DNA of 40,463 nucleotides from an uncultured Pseudomonadota bacterium (GTDB lineage: Bacteria > Pseudomonadota > Alphaproteobacteria > Rs-D84): positions 1-40,463 of the forward strand of contig CASEJM010000009.1 of assembly GCA_949288265.1 (NCBI GenBank), given 5' to 3'. The notes below the pieces were generated by a model, which worked only from the letters and a program-made list of their open reading frames with translations, did not search any database and was not told the origin of the DNA. A program made the translations under genes and the position numbers. Position 1 is the first letter of the stretch. Each line of letters opens with the position of its first letter. Of this stretch, positions 18,175 through 28,250 are shown piece after piece.

Positions 18175-20616
18175 TTGACGATACAAATATCGAAATTTTT
18201 TAAAGTTTCTTTTGTTTTAGCGGCTGTTTTATCTATGTTTAGTACAGCATATGGTGAACAGGCTGCTAATCCGCGTGGTGGAAACCTTGCCGGGAATAAT
18301 GCACCAGAAAATAATGTTTCTGAGGTTGCGTCACGTACTACGGTAAATCGTGTTGTTCGTAATACAGATAATGTTGTTGGGAGATCTAATTCTGCAGGTG
18401 TTTCTCGCAGTGCCGTATCTCGTCCAAGTACAACGGTTTCTCGTAGCGCAGTAAACATGTCGTCAAACGTTAATAATTCTGTTACTGGTCGTAGCGGTAC
18501 AGTCATACAAAACGTTGTATCTGCGGGTGGTGGAAGTCGCAATTCATCAACTGCACGTACTGCGTCGTCAAATGTAATTAGTGGGGTAACGCATAATCCT
18601 GCATCGACTGCGCGTGCTGCCGCGTCTAATTCTGTTGTCGGATTATCGCGCGGTGCTTCGACGGCACGAGCAACAGCAGTGTTCTCGGATATTTCTGCGA
18701 TTGGCAGTGGCTATGCCGCTTGCCGTGAAGCATATGCTACGTGTATGGATCAGTTCTGTGCAAACGCAAACGATACATATCGTAGATGTATATGTAGCGC
18801 CCGTTATGACGAATTTCGTAACACTGAAAATGCTATTGATGAGGCGCTGGGTTTGTTGGCGCAATTTGAAGATAATAATTTGGCGGTAGTTGGTCTGTCT
18901 GCCGAAGAAGTTTCTGCAATGTATAGCGCAACAGAAGGTGAATTGGCTATAAAAAAAGATACCAGTGCGGCGGCTAGTATGCTATCAGAAATCAATGATT
19001 TATTGTCTGGTAAAAAGTCTTCATCGTCTAGCGATAAATTAAGTTCTGCATCTCTTGGTTTATTGACAATAGATTTTACATCTGACTTAGATGATATATG
19101 GGGAAGTTCCGGCAGCTCAATATTTGACACGTCAACTGGTGTTGATTTATCTACATTGACAGGTGAAGATTTGTATTCTCAGGCTAACAAGCAATGTTTA
19201 AGTTTAGTTACAGAGTCTTGTGAAAATGACGCCGTTTTAAGAATGGCCAAAAGTGCGTATGGTATAATGATAACACAAGATTGTAATTTGTATGAAAAAA
19301 ATATAAATTCTCAGAAAGAAAGTTTGGAACAAACTGTGCGTACCGCAGAAAAATATTTACGCGAGGCCAGACTAGAAGAATACAAATCTCACAATTCTGC
19401 CGATGTTAACGAGTGTATTGCAAACGTTAAGAATGCCATACAATCAGATGGTGCTTGTGGTGCGAATTATAAACGTTGTTTAGATTATACGGGGGCATAT
19501 ATCAATCAAAGCACTGGTGAACCAATATATTCAACCCGTTTGTTTCAATTGTCTGATTTAATAGTTTTGCCGGGGGTTAATACTAGCGAGGCAAATGATA
19601 TCTTAGGTGTTAATGCGGACTTTAACGCGTTCTTAGAAAGTAGGCGTATGTTTGCAGAAACAGCTTTGGATTCCTGTCGTGATATTTCTGACATTGTTTG
19701 GGAAGAATTTAAGCGGCAAGCTTTGATCGAAATTGCTCAGGCTCAAGACGAGAAAATTGAAGAAGTAAAGATGTCCTGCGTTAGCACCATGGCAGAATGT
19801 TACGACGTTCAAACTGGGGCTTTGCAAGATTTTGATAATACGACGGCGCAATATACAGGGGCGATCAGTGCATATGCCGCGCGTGAGATGTGTAAAGACA
19901 AAGTTTTAGCTTGTGCCACGTTATATGGCAACACAGAGAATTGCGATTTTGATGAAAAAGGTCAATTAATTGTTCCTGAAAGAGGACTGGATGGTGCTAC
20001 GGCAAATGAGGTTTGTGGTTTATCTGCTTTGTTGGCATTCGTTGATACGGTTGATACAGTTCGTGTTTCAGAAGGGTGCGAAACGGCCGTTAATAATTAC
20101 ATAAAAGATTTATGTACACCAACAAGTGGCTCGATGGGATACCCATGGAATTGTCGTAATATGACCGTGGATAATTTTACTAAAAGCGTAAATGATTTTG
20201 CCGAACAGACATGCATTAATCCTGCAAATTCTGCCAGTGGTTTAATTTCTCAGGTCAGTGTTCAAATAAATAGAGCCATTACAGGTATGACTGAAGAAAT
20301 GGATTCTTTGATGATGTATATATGTGAAAATCTTGGTGGATATTGGGTTGCATCAACTGATAATGAAGGAACTTTGTTAAAAGCGTTTTATAACGATGTG
20401 TATGGTGGTGATACCAGCAATACATCTTGGGGAAAATGCGTAGAGAACTCTACTCTTGTACAGTGCTTAAATTATAATGAAACAGACGAAGAGCCCGTTG
20501 CTTCTTATAACTCAATAAAAGACGAGTGTGATTTTACAGATGAATGGTATGATTCTCGTTGTTCTTTATTGGGTAATGGGTATTATGAGAACGGGGTTTG
20601 TTATGTTGCTCAGTAA
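18175..20616 (+). CDS. Large secreted protein: Ser/Arg/Ala low-complexity N-region followed by Cys-patterned helical region
   Basis: 813-aa ORF with TTG start, signal peptide (..STAYG), SR/AR-rich linker, CREAYATCMDQFC..RRCICS motif. Confidence 0.85.
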   Translation: MTIQISKFFKVSFVLAAVLSMFSTAYGEQAANPRGGNLAGNNAPENNVSEVASRTTVNRVVRNTDNVVGRSNSAGVSRSAVSRPSTTVSRSAVNMSSNVNNSVTGRSGTVIQNVVSAGGGSRNSSTARTASSNVISGVTHNPASTARAAASNSVVGLSRGASTARATAVFSDISAIGSGYAACREAYATCMDQFCANANDTYRRCICSARYDEFRNTENAIDEALGLLAQFEDNNLAVVGLSAEEVSAMYSATEGELAIKKDTSAAASMLSEINDLLSGKKSSSSSDKLSSASLGLLTIDFTSDLDDIWGSSGSSIFDTSTGVDLSTLTGEDLYSQANKQCLSLVTESCENDAVLRMAKSAYGIMITQDCNLYEKNINSQKESLEQTVRTAEKYLREARLEEYKSHNSADVNECIANVKNAIQSDGACGANYKRCLDYTGAYINQSTGEPIYSTRLFQLSDLIVLPGVNTSEANDILGVNADFNAFLESRRMFAETALDSCRDISDIVWEEFKRQALIEIAQAQDEKIEEVKMSCVSTMAECYDVQTGALQDFDNTTAQYTGAISAYAAREMCKDKVLACATLYGNTENCDFDEKGQLIVPERGLDGATANEVCGLSALLAFVDTVDTVRVSEGCETAVNNYIKDLCTPTSGSMGYPWNCRNMTVDNFTKSVNDFAEQTCINPANSASGLISQVSVQINRAITGMTEEMDSLMMYICENLGGYWVASTDNEGTLLKAFYNDVYGGDTSNTSWGKCVENSTLVQCLNYNETDEEPVASYNSIKDECDFTDEWYDSRCSLLGNGYYENGVCYVAQ

Positions 20617-20637
20617 TGCATAAAGATAGGTTAAAGA

Positions 20638-21897
20638 ATGAAAAAAAATGTTTTACTAATCTTTTTTGCAGTGTTTTTAACTTCTGTACCTGCGTATGCG
20701 ATTAATAATATGCAAGGAATGTGGAGCGCGTGGGGATATGATGGAAGTAAAAATAGTAACGGTTCTGCCGGTGACTTTATTATTGCTGGGGGCATCGGTA
20801 AAGGTGGTCAGCATGGTACGTGGGACGATGAGTGGGCCGTCGTTGGTGTAATCGCAAGTACGATAACTGAACGTGGTGGTTATTTCTGTCCGTATCAGAT
20901 TCAATGCAATAACAAATATAGAAAACGCAATGTAGATACAATATATTATTGGCCAACTGGTTTTGACTATGGAAAATGCGCGTGGCTTTGTGAAAGTGGT
21001 TATAGCGGTCCCAATTGTTTACCACAAGTAAGCTCTCCGACGAGCTGTGATGTTATACCCTATTCCCCCAATAGCGGTGGTAAGTTTCAGGGAATAAGTT
21101 TAAAAACTTCAGGAAAGGGTTCTAATAGTAAAGAAAGTTTGATATACGGTTTTAATAGTTGGAGTGATAGTTTAGAAAAAGAAAGCGATGTCATTCTTGG
21201 GGTTGTTAGGTTCTTAGAACATGGGGTTATAGCGGCGCCAGTAAAAGTTAGCTGTAATCGAGACAATTGGCCCGATAATGAATCTTTTGTTGATTCTGTT
21301 TATGCGGCTGTTGGAACTCAGAAGTTATTATGTGCGTCTGGGTACAAGGCGAATGATGCGGGAAATGACTGTGTACCTATTAATGCGGACATTTGTGAAA
21401 CGCAGAATATGACCTTTTGTAAGAATTTCCAAAGAGAGAAATATAATAGTTCTATACATAGGCTAGAGGAATCAGAAGAAGGTTGTGTAAAATATTTTTG
21501 TTCTGAACCTGATACCGCGTTCCCAAGTGTAAATGATACGTCATGTGTTACTTGTGCCAAAGGGGTAAAAGGCGGGGCAAACACTTCTAATGGCGTTTGT
21601 GTAAAATGTCAAACAGGAGAGTATTTTGATCAGAATATAAATGCGTGTAGAGGTGCTGCGGCCTACTCTAAAACTGATATGCAGTATGGCAAGGGACAAA
21701 CTAAAAATACTGTAGAGTTAAAAGATCAATGTTGGACGATAGTAGATCCTGAAGATTATGCAGATTGTGTAAAAGGTATAAAAAATGATGTGACTGGGTC
21801 CGCTTCTAATAGAAGTCTTATATCAGGTAACGGGCAAAGTATTACAAAGTTACCGGGATTGAATCTTTCATTAACTCCGTCAGTGATTCAGCAATAA
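20638..21897 (+). CDS. Secreted cysteine-rich protein (419 aa)
   Basis: Signal peptide ending AYA; WLCESGYSGPNC (EGF-like), CASGYK, CVTC, CVKCQTGEYF. Confidence 0.85.
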   Translation: MKKNVLLIFFAVFLTSVPAYAINNMQGMWSAWGYDGSKNSNGSAGDFIIAGGIGKGGQHGTWDDEWAVVGVIASTITERGGYFCPYQIQCNNKYRKRNVDTIYYWPTGFDYGKCAWLCESGYSGPNCLPQVSSPTSCDVIPYSPNSGGKFQGISLKTSGKGSNSKESLIYGFNSWSDSLEKESDVILGVVRFLEHGVIAAPVKVSCNRDNWPDNESFVDSVYAAVGTQKLLCASGYKANDAGNDCVPINADICETQNMTFCKNFQREKYNSSIHRLEESEEGCVKYFCSEPDTAFPSVNDTSCVTCAKGVKGGANTSNGVCVKCQTGEYFDQNINACRGAAAYSKTDMQYGKGQTKNTVELKDQCWTIVDPEDYADCVKGIKNDVTGSASNRSLISGNGQSITKLPGLNLSLTPSVIQQ

Positions 21898-21928
21898 AAA
21901 ATCCGCGTTTCGCGGATTTTTTATTGCT
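21890..21928. terminator. Bidirectional terminator (18-bp perfect inverted repeat)
   Basis: AGCAATAAAAAATCCGCG-TTT-CGCGGATTTTTTATTGCT, containing both convergent stop codons. Confidence 0.85.
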
Positions 21929-22337
21929 CAATACCATTTAGTGCTTTCAGCATTTTCATAATAGTTTTGCGTTGCTCGTCGTTTGGCAGTTTCCAATATA
22001 AATTTATTAATTGCAAAGACTCATTTTTTGATAACGGATCATTTGATTTTTGATCTGAAACACGTTGAACGCGACCGCTACGATTAGGTTCTGGCATATA
22101 TCCAGGCAGACCGCTGAAAAAGAAGGAAATCGGTGTTTCTAGTGCCGTGCTTAATTCAAATAAACGTGAAGCAGAAATACGGTTGCCCGCACTTTCATAT
22201 TTTTGAATTTGTTGAAATGTAACACCACAAATCTGAGCCAAATCTTTTTGCGACAAACCCATCATCACGCGACGTAATTGTACGCGTTGTCCGATGTGCT
22301 CGTCAACAGCAGTTGGATGAAATGGTTTCCCGCTCAT
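21921..22337 (-). CDS. XRE-family HTH transcriptional regulator
   Basis: VDEHIGQRV..RR..GLSQ..LA..GVTFQQIQKYE..NRISASRL..FFF.GL. Confidence 0.92.
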   Translation of the reverse strand: MSGKPFHPTAVDEHIGQRVQLRRVMMGLSQKDLAQICGVTFQQIQKYESAGNRISASRLFELSTALETPISFFFSGLPGYMPEPNRSGRVQRVSDQKSNDPLSKNESLQLINLYWKLPNDEQRKTIMKMLKALNGIEQ

Positions 22338-22464
22338 ATTATTTGTGTCTCTCTGTTATTATGAAATACTTCCTATATCAGATTTATACAATTTTTCTTT
22401 TTCTTTTGCAATCAAAAAACAGTTATGATAAATTTTGGCAGTAAAATATATTTCGGAGAAAAAT

Positions 22465-23940
22465 ATGAAAAAACCAATCGTATTATGTATCATGGATGGC
22501 GTAGGCATTCGAGAAAGTAAAGAACATAATGCTGTCGCGCTTGCAAAAATGCCGTTTTTTAATGAATTGTTACAAAAATATCCGCATTCTAAATTAGATG
22601 CCAGTGGTGTTGCTGTTGGGTTACCAAAGGGCACAATGGGAAATTCTGAAGTCGGTCATATAACTATTGGGGCTGGCCGCGTGGTAAACCAATTTCTTAG
22701 ACGGTTTCAGTTGGAAAATTGGAGTAAAAATATTCCTTTGCAAAATTTTATTAAATCTGTGCGTGATTCAGGCGGAATTGTTCATATGGCGGGGCTAATG
22801 TCGGATGGTCGCGTTCATTCTGATATAAACGATATGATGACGATAGTACGATATATTTTAGATTCGGGTTTGAAAGTATGTATTCATTTTATTGCCGATG
22901 GTCGTGATACGCCGCCACAATCTGCAGGTGTGTATATTAATCTTATAAAGAATCAGTTAAAGAATTATTTTTCTGATGGGCAGGCTTTTTTTGGGACTTT
23001 GTCGGGTCGTTATTATTCTATGGATAGAAATCAAAATTTAGATAGAACAGAGTTAGCGTTTAATGCGATTGCGCAGGCCAAATCAGAATATATCGCTTCG
23101 ACAATAGACGAAGCTTTGTCAGATGCATACGCACGTGGTGAAACTGATGAATTTATAAGACCAACTGTTATATCCGGGGATCCTGTAATTACAGATAAAG
23201 ATGGTTTCCTTTTTGGAAATTATCGTAGTGATCGGGCACGACAGATCGTTAGAGCAATTTTACAAACGGGTGCGAAAGTATTATGTTTTTCTCAATATGG
23301 CGAGGGACTAAACGAATCCTGCCCTGCTTTGTTGACAGATGAAAATATTGAAAATACGTTAGGAGAAGTTTTAGCAAAGAATGGTAAAAGTCAATTGCGT
23401 ATCGCAGAAACTGAAAAGTATAATCATGTTACATATTTCTTTGATGCGGAACGTAATGTCGATTTTAAGGGGGAAGAAAAAATTCTAATTCCATCGCCGG
23501 ATGTCGCCACGTTTGACTTAAAACCAGAAATGTCGGCTCAAGAAATAACAGATACGTTATTACAAAAATTATCTGATTTTGATGTTGTGATTTTAAACTA
23601 TGCGAATGGGGACATGGTTGGGCATACCGGTAAAGAACCAGCTGCTATCAAAGCGATGGAATTTCTTGATAAACAATTGTCTCGTCTGATACCGGCTGTT
23701 CTTGATTTAAACGGAGTAATTTTAATTACTGCGGATCATGGTAATGCAGAAAAAATGTGGGACGATAAAAATGATATACCATGGACGGCCCATACAACCA
23801 ATCCAGTAAATTTTATAGTTGTTTCTGATAAACAATATACGGTTCATGATGGGGGGGTGTCTGATATAGCACCGACCATACTAAAGCTATTAGATATAAA
23901 GCAACCATCTGATATGACAGGAAGCTCATTGATAGATTAA
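22465..23940 (+). CDS. gpmI: 2,3-bisphosphoglycerate-independent phosphoglycerate mutase
   Basis: CIMDG, MGNSEVGH, SDGRVHS, DGRDTPP, GRYYSMDR, AETEKY.HVT, ANGDMVGHTG, TADHGNAE; ATG after GGAG. Confidence 0.97.
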   Translation: MKKPIVLCIMDGVGIRESKEHNAVALAKMPFFNELLQKYPHSKLDASGVAVGLPKGTMGNSEVGHITIGAGRVVNQFLRRFQLENWSKNIPLQNFIKSVRDSGGIVHMAGLMSDGRVHSDINDMMTIVRYILDSGLKVCIHFIADGRDTPPQSAGVYINLIKNQLKNYFSDGQAFFGTLSGRYYSMDRNQNLDRTELAFNAIAQAKSEYIASTIDEALSDAYARGETDEFIRPTVISGDPVITDKDGFLFGNYRSDRARQIVRAILQTGAKVLCFSQYGEGLNESCPALLTDENIENTLGEVLAKNGKSQLRIAETEKYNHVTYFFDAERNVDFKGEEKILIPSPDVATFDLKPEMSAQEITDTLLQKLSDFDVVILNYANGDMVGHTGKEPAAIKAMEFLDKQLSRLIPAVLDLNGVILITADHGNAEKMWDDKNDIPWTAHTTNPVNFIVVSDKQYTVHDGGVSDIAPTILKLLDIKQPSDMTGSSLID

Positions 23941-23967
23941 AAAACGGTGCTTTAAGCACCGTTTTTT
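23939..23967. terminator. Bidirectional terminator between gpmI and tadA
   Basis: AAAAAACGGTGCTT-T-AAGCACCGTTTTTT. Confidence 0.8.
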
Positions 23968-24410
23968 ATTTTCCTTCGTTCGGAAAAAAATTCTTTTAAT
24001 AATTCCGAAGATTCTTCAGAAAAATCTGAAACTTTTACGACGTGTGGCTTCCAAAGATGACGGTCTGTATCGTATATTTTTGCATTATGGTTAATTCCGC
24101 CGCCCTTTTCATCATCAGCCGCGTAATAAATATTCTTTATTCTGGCAAAAGAAATTGCTGTTGCACACATAGCGCAGGGCTCAAGTGTTACGTAAATGTC
24201 ACAGTCGTTTAGAAATTTTAAACCTAATTTTTTGCACGCTTTATTAATTGCCACTATTTCTGCATGTAAAATAGGATTTTTCTTTTTTTGAACTTCGTTT
24301 TCACCACGAGCAATTATTTTTCCGTTTCTTACAATAACTGCACCAATTGGCACGTCGTCGTGCGTTTTTGCGTGTCTGGCTAAATTTAGGGCTTGCTTCA
24401 TAAAATTCAT
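23952..24410 (-). CDS. tadA: tRNA adenosine(34) deaminase
   Basis: FMKQAL, VPIGAVIV, HAEIVAI, TLEPCAMC, ELLKEFF..RR; start placed at ATG 24410. Confidence 0.9.
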   Translation of the reverse strand: MNFMKQALNLARHAKTHDDVPIGAVIVRNGKIIARGENEVQKKKNPILHAEIVAINKACKKLGLKFLNDCDIYVTLEPCAMCATAISFARIKNIYYAADDEKGGGINHNAKIYDTDRHLWKPHVVKVSDFSEESSELLKEFFSERRKIKNGA

Positions 24411-24427
24411 AATGTACACTTTATCGT

Positions 24428-24991
24428 ATGGATTCAAAATTGCAAATTATTTCGGGAAAATTTCATGGGCGTAAATTATATTTACCACGTGGGGCCAGAC
24501 CTACGCAAAATCGTGCACGCGAGGCCTTGTTTAACATGATTGCGTCTGGGTTGTTTACCCCAAATGAAAGTTTTACTGTATGGGACGTTTTCGCTGGTAG
24601 TGGGGCTTTTGGAATTGAGTGTTTATCACGTTACCCGAATGCAAAAGTTATATTTACAGACATTTCAACAGAATCCATACAAACTGTACGTAAAAATCTT
24701 GCCTTGCTAAACGTTGGAAATGCCGCAGTTAGCGAACAAGTTGATGCTTTGGGGGCAGTAAAAAAATATGCGCCCACATCAGATTTGGTTTTCGTTGATG
24801 CGCCATATGATGCGGCAGAAGTAGGTTTTTCTTTTGTTAGGTTGCTGACCAAAAGAGCAAAAATTGGAACTTTTTTAATATGGGAACAAGAAAAATCCAA
24901 TAGATTTGAAGCGCCTAAAGGTTGGCAGTTGTTTCGTGATAAGACTTATGGGCGGGCTCGGTTTCTGATTTTGCGTTATATAGGCGAATAA
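24428..24991 (+). CDS. rsmD: 16S rRNA m2G966 methyltransferase
   Basis: IISGKFHGRKL, RPT..RAREALFN, DVFAGSGAFGIECLSR, FVDAPY, KTYG. Confidence 0.92.
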   Translation: MDSKLQIISGKFHGRKLYLPRGARPTQNRAREALFNMIASGLFTPNESFTVWDVFAGSGAFGIECLSRYPNAKVIFTDISTESIQTVRKNLALLNVGNAAVSEQVDALGAVKKYAPTSDLVFVDAPYDAAEVGFSFVRLLTKRAKIGTFLIWEQEKSNRFEAPKGWQLFRDKTYGRARFLILRYIGE

Positions 24992-25032
24992 AAACCTTGA
25001 TTTTTCAATAAGTTTGGTAAATAATATGGGCC

Positions 25033-25056
25033 GCGTGGCACCCTTGGAGGTCACGT
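25033..25056 (+). promoter_or_regulatory. Candidate rplY 5' leader hairpin
   Basis: GC-rich GCGTGGC-ACCCTTGGAG-GTCACGT in an AT-rich 5' UTR, just after a TTGATT/AATAAT promoter. Confidence 0.45.
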
Positions 25057-25088
25057 AAAAACATAAAAATTTATAAAGAGGGTAAAAA

Positions 25089-25712
25089 ATGGCAATTAAA
25101 TTAAAGGCAGAAATTCGCAACGCTGCTGGCAAGGGGGCCGCACGTAGCATCCGTAATAATAAAAATATCCCCGCAGTAATTTATGGTGAAAAGAAAGCAC
25201 CTGTCGCGATTGAATTAAATGGTCGCGATTTTGAAATGCTGTTACAGACACCTAGCTTACGTACTAAATTATTTGAAATTGATACTGCAAACGGTCAAGA
25301 AGATGCAATGTTAATGGATATTCAATATCATCCAGTAACAGATAAGGTTATGCATGCAGACTTTAAACGTATTGATGTAAAGAAACCTGTTAACGTAAGC
25401 GTTCCTGTAGAAGTTATTAATGCTGATGTTTCAAAAGGTTTAAAATTAGGCGGTGTTTTGAACTTTGCTGTACGTAAAGTTGCTTTACGTGGTTTGGTTC
25501 ATGATATACCAGAAAAAATCGTTATAGATTTAACCAATTTAACAATTGGTGATACAGTTCATGGTTCAGATTTAGTTTTGCCTGCGGGTGTTGAACTAGG
25601 TTTGCATCAGGCTGAATTGGCTTTCGCAATAATTGGTGGTAAAATGCCGGATGAGGCTGATAATGCAAAAGCAGCTGCGGCAAGTGCAGCGGCATCAGAA
25701 GCCAAAAAATAA
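25089..25712 (+). CDS. rplY: 50S ribosomal protein L25 (long Ctc type)
   Basis: GKGAARSIR..IPAVIYG, DIQYHPV..HADF, GLKLGGVL, IGDTVHGSDL. Confidence 0.96.
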   Translation: MAIKLKAEIRNAAGKGAARSIRNNKNIPAVIYGEKKAPVAIELNGRDFEMLLQTPSLRTKLFEIDTANGQEDAMLMDIQYHPVTDKVMHADFKRIDVKKPVNVSVPVEVINADVSKGLKLGGVLNFAVRKVALRGLVHDIPEKIVIDLTNLTIGDTVHGSDLVLPAGVELGLHQAELAFAIIGGKMPDEADNAKAAAASAAASEAKK

Positions 25713-25728
25713 ATGTTTAGAAAAAACT

Positions 25729-25756
25729 AAAACCGCCCTTTTGTGGGCGGTTTTTT
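25729..25756 (+). terminator. Intrinsic terminator after rplY
   Basis: AAAACCGCCC..GGGCGGTTTTTT. Confidence 0.85.
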
Positions 25757-25778
25757 ATTATTATTTTTTTCCTGTGGT

Positions 25779-25807
25779 CTTGAAAAGGCATTTATTGTTC
25801 ACTATAT
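25779..25807 (+). promoter_or_regulatory. Putative RpoH (sigma32)-type promoter of dnaK
   Basis: CTTGAA, 15 bp, CACTATAT; resembles the alphaproteobacterial CTTG..CYTATNT consensus. Confidence 0.5.
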
Positions 25808-25851
25808 GGTAAATCAGCAATATAAAAGTAAGTTTTGAAGGAGTGAAAAAA

Positions 25852-27753
25852 ATGGGAAAAGTATTAGGTATAGACTTAGGTACAACCAATTCCGCCATGG
25901 CTTTCATGGACGGCAGTGATCCAAAAATTATTGAAAATGCAGAGGGGCAGCGTACAACACCATCTGTTGTTGCAATGACGTCTGGTGGCGAACAATTAGT
26001 TGGTATTACCGCAAAGAATCAGGCTGTAACTAATCCTGAAAATACAATTTATGAAATTAAGCGTTTAATGGGTTTGCGTTATGATAGCCCCGCGGTTAAA
26101 GAAATTGCCGCGCGCGTTCCGTATAAAATTGTTGCCGGTGATAATGGTGATGCTTGGGTTGAAATTGAGGGTAAAAAATATGCCCCGTCTCAGATTTCTG
26201 CTATGATATTAGCAAAATTAAAGAAAGACGCAGAAGCGTACTTGGGTGAAACAGTAAATGACGCGGTTATTACTGTACCTGCCTACTTCAATGATTCTCA
26301 GCGTCAAGCAACTAAAGACGCCGGTCGTATTGCAGGATTAAACGTCCTGCGTATAGTCAATGAACCTACTGCAGCGGCGTTAGCGTATGGTTTGGATAAA
26401 AACAAGAATGGTACAATCGCTGTATATGACCTTGGTGGTGGTACGTTTGATATTTCTATTTTGGAAATCGTTGACGGGGTATTTGAAGTTAAATCTACTA
26501 ATGGTGATACAGCTTTGGGTGGTTCGGATTTTGATGCCCGTGTATTGAAATACTTAATTGATGAATTTAAGGCTCAGACAGGTATAGATTTATCAAGTGA
26601 TAAATTGGCGCTGCAACGTTTAAAAGAAGCGGCAGAGAAAGCAAAAATTGAACTGTCATCAAAAACGTCAACCGATATTAACTTGCCTTTCTTGACAGCA
26701 GATGCAAGTGGGCCTAAACACTTTAATACGACTTTGACACGTGCCAAATTGGAATCGTTAGTTGATGATTTAATCCAGAAAACAATCGAACCATGTCGTA
26801 AGGCATTAAAAGATGCCGGATTAGATAAAAATCAGATAAATGAAGTAATTTTGGTAGGTGGTCAGACACGTATGCCAAAAGTTCAAGAAACGGTTAAAGA
26901 ATTCTTTGGGCGTGAACCGCATAAAGGTGTAAACCCAGACGAAGTTGTTGCTTTGGGTGCAGCAATTCAGGGTGGTGTTTTAAAGGGCGATGTAAAAGAT
27001 GTTTTACTGCTGGATGTTACTCCTTTGTCATTAGGTATCGAGACTTTGGGGGGGGTATTTACGCGTTTAATTGACCGTAATACAACTATACCTACAAAAA
27101 AGTCACAGGTATTTAGTACTGCAGAAGACAATCAATCGGCTGTAACAATTCGCGTATTTCAGGGTGAACGTGATATGGCTGCGGATAATAAATTATTGGG
27201 TCAGTTCAATTTAGAAGGAATTGCCCCTGCTCCGCGTGGTATGCCACAAATTGAAGTATCTTTTGATATTGATGCAAATGGTATAGTTCATGTTTCTGCA
27301 AAGGATAAAGGTACAGGAAAAGAACAGGCGATATCTATTAAATCAGACGGTGGTCTGTCAGAAGAAGAAATTCAGCGTATGGTCGATGAAGCAGCTGCAA
27401 ACGCAGATGCTGATAAGAAAAAACGTGAATTAGCCGAAGCTAAGAATAACGCCGAAACTGCTGTGTTTACGGTTGAAAAAGCGTTAAAAGAACACGGCGA
27501 TAAAATAAGCGCTGATGAAAAGAAAGCTATAGAAGACGCTAAGAAAGAATTAGCGGACGAATTGGCAAAGTCTGATGCGACGGCAGAAAGCTTGAAAACA
27601 AAAACAGACGCGCTGACAGAAAAATCAATGAAACTTGGAGAGGCTGTTTATAAGGCGTCTCAGGAGGCTTCTGCAGCTGGATCATCTGAAAACGGTGAAA
27701 ATAAAACCGGTGAAGATGGCACAAGAGACGCGGATTTTTCTGAAAAGAAATAA
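25852..27753 (+). CDS. dnaK: Chaperone DnaK (Hsp70)
   Basis: [55 protein letters not shown]; no dnaJ follows. Confidence 0.99.
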   Translation: MGKVLGIDLGTTNSAMAFMDGSDPKIIENAEGQRTTPSVVAMTSGGEQLVGITAKNQAVTNPENTIYEIKRLMGLRYDSPAVKEIAARVPYKIVAGDNGDAWVEIEGKKYAPSQISAMILAKLKKDAEAYLGETVNDAVITVPAYFNDSQRQATKDAGRIAGLNVLRIVNEPTAAALAYGLDKNKNGTIAVYDLGGGTFDISILEIVDGVFEVKSTNGDTALGGSDFDARVLKYLIDEFKAQTGIDLSSDKLALQRLKEAAEKAKIELSSKTSTDINLPFLTADASGPKHFNTTLTRAKLESLVDDLIQKTIEPCRKALKDAGLDKNQINEVILVGGQTRMPKVQETVKEFFGREPHKGVNPDEVVALGAAIQGGVLKGDVKDVLLLDVTPLSLGIETLGGVFTRLIDRNTTIPTKKSQVFSTAEDNQSAVTIRVFQGERDMAADNKLLGQFNLEGIAPAPRGMPQIEVSFDIDANGIVHVSAKDKGTGKEQAISIKSDGGLSEEEIQRMVDEAAANADADKKKRELAEAKNNAETAVFTVEKALKEHGDKISADEKKAIEDAKKELADELAKSDATAESLKTKTDALTEKSMKLGEAVYKASQEASAAGSSENGENKTGEDGTRDADFSEKK

Positions 27754-27781
27754 AAAAGTCCCCCAGACGGGGGATTTTTTT
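27752..27781. terminator. Bidirectional terminator between dnaK and rnpB
   Basis: A-run, GTCCCC..GGGGAT, T-run. Confidence 0.8.
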
Positions 27782-27784
27782 GTG

Positions 27785-28111
27785 ACAGATGAATGATAAG
27801 CCGGATTCTGTCCTGCCCCAGTTCAGTTTTATTAACCAATCTGAGGTAGTGAGCATAATCAATCTGCATCAAGTGTTACCACAAGATGTCAAGCCCTCTA
27901 CCCGTCCCCATGCGTGGGACTCGTTTCGGGGACCTATTTGAGGTTGCTGCGCATAGAGATTGCCCGTTTCACCCGATGTTTTTCAATCGATTCGTCACTG
28001 TTGCTCTAATCGTCGGATTGCTCCGCTCGGTCGTTAGCCGATATGCTGTCCCATGCAGTCCGGACTTTCCTCTGTCATATAAATTATGACAGCTATGCTC
28101 TATTCATCTGT
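27785..28111 (-). ncRNA. rnpB: RNase P RNA (about 327 nt)
   Basis: Minus strand has GAGGAAAGTCCGGACT near the 5' end and ACAGAATCCGGCTTA near the 3' end; P1 helix ACAGATGAAT/ATTCATCTGT; upstream TTGAAA..TGcTAAGCT promoter. Confidence 0.96.
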
Positions 28112-28250
28112 TAAAAATAGCTTAGCATGGTTTTTGATTTTTTCAATTAAAATATAATCGTAAACGGATTTTTTGCTTGCAACAGATATCGTATTTTTCA
28201 TAAAATAGTACATAAAAGAGAAAAAGAAGTAGCAGAAGTAGGAAAGTTCT

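Noticed and set aside
17706-18542. 278-aa minus-strand ORF
   Set aside because: Antisense to two better-supported genes; low-complexity shadow.
27886-28089. 67-aa ORF and neighbouring short ORFs
   Set aside because: Antisense to or overlapping rnpB and the end of dnaK.
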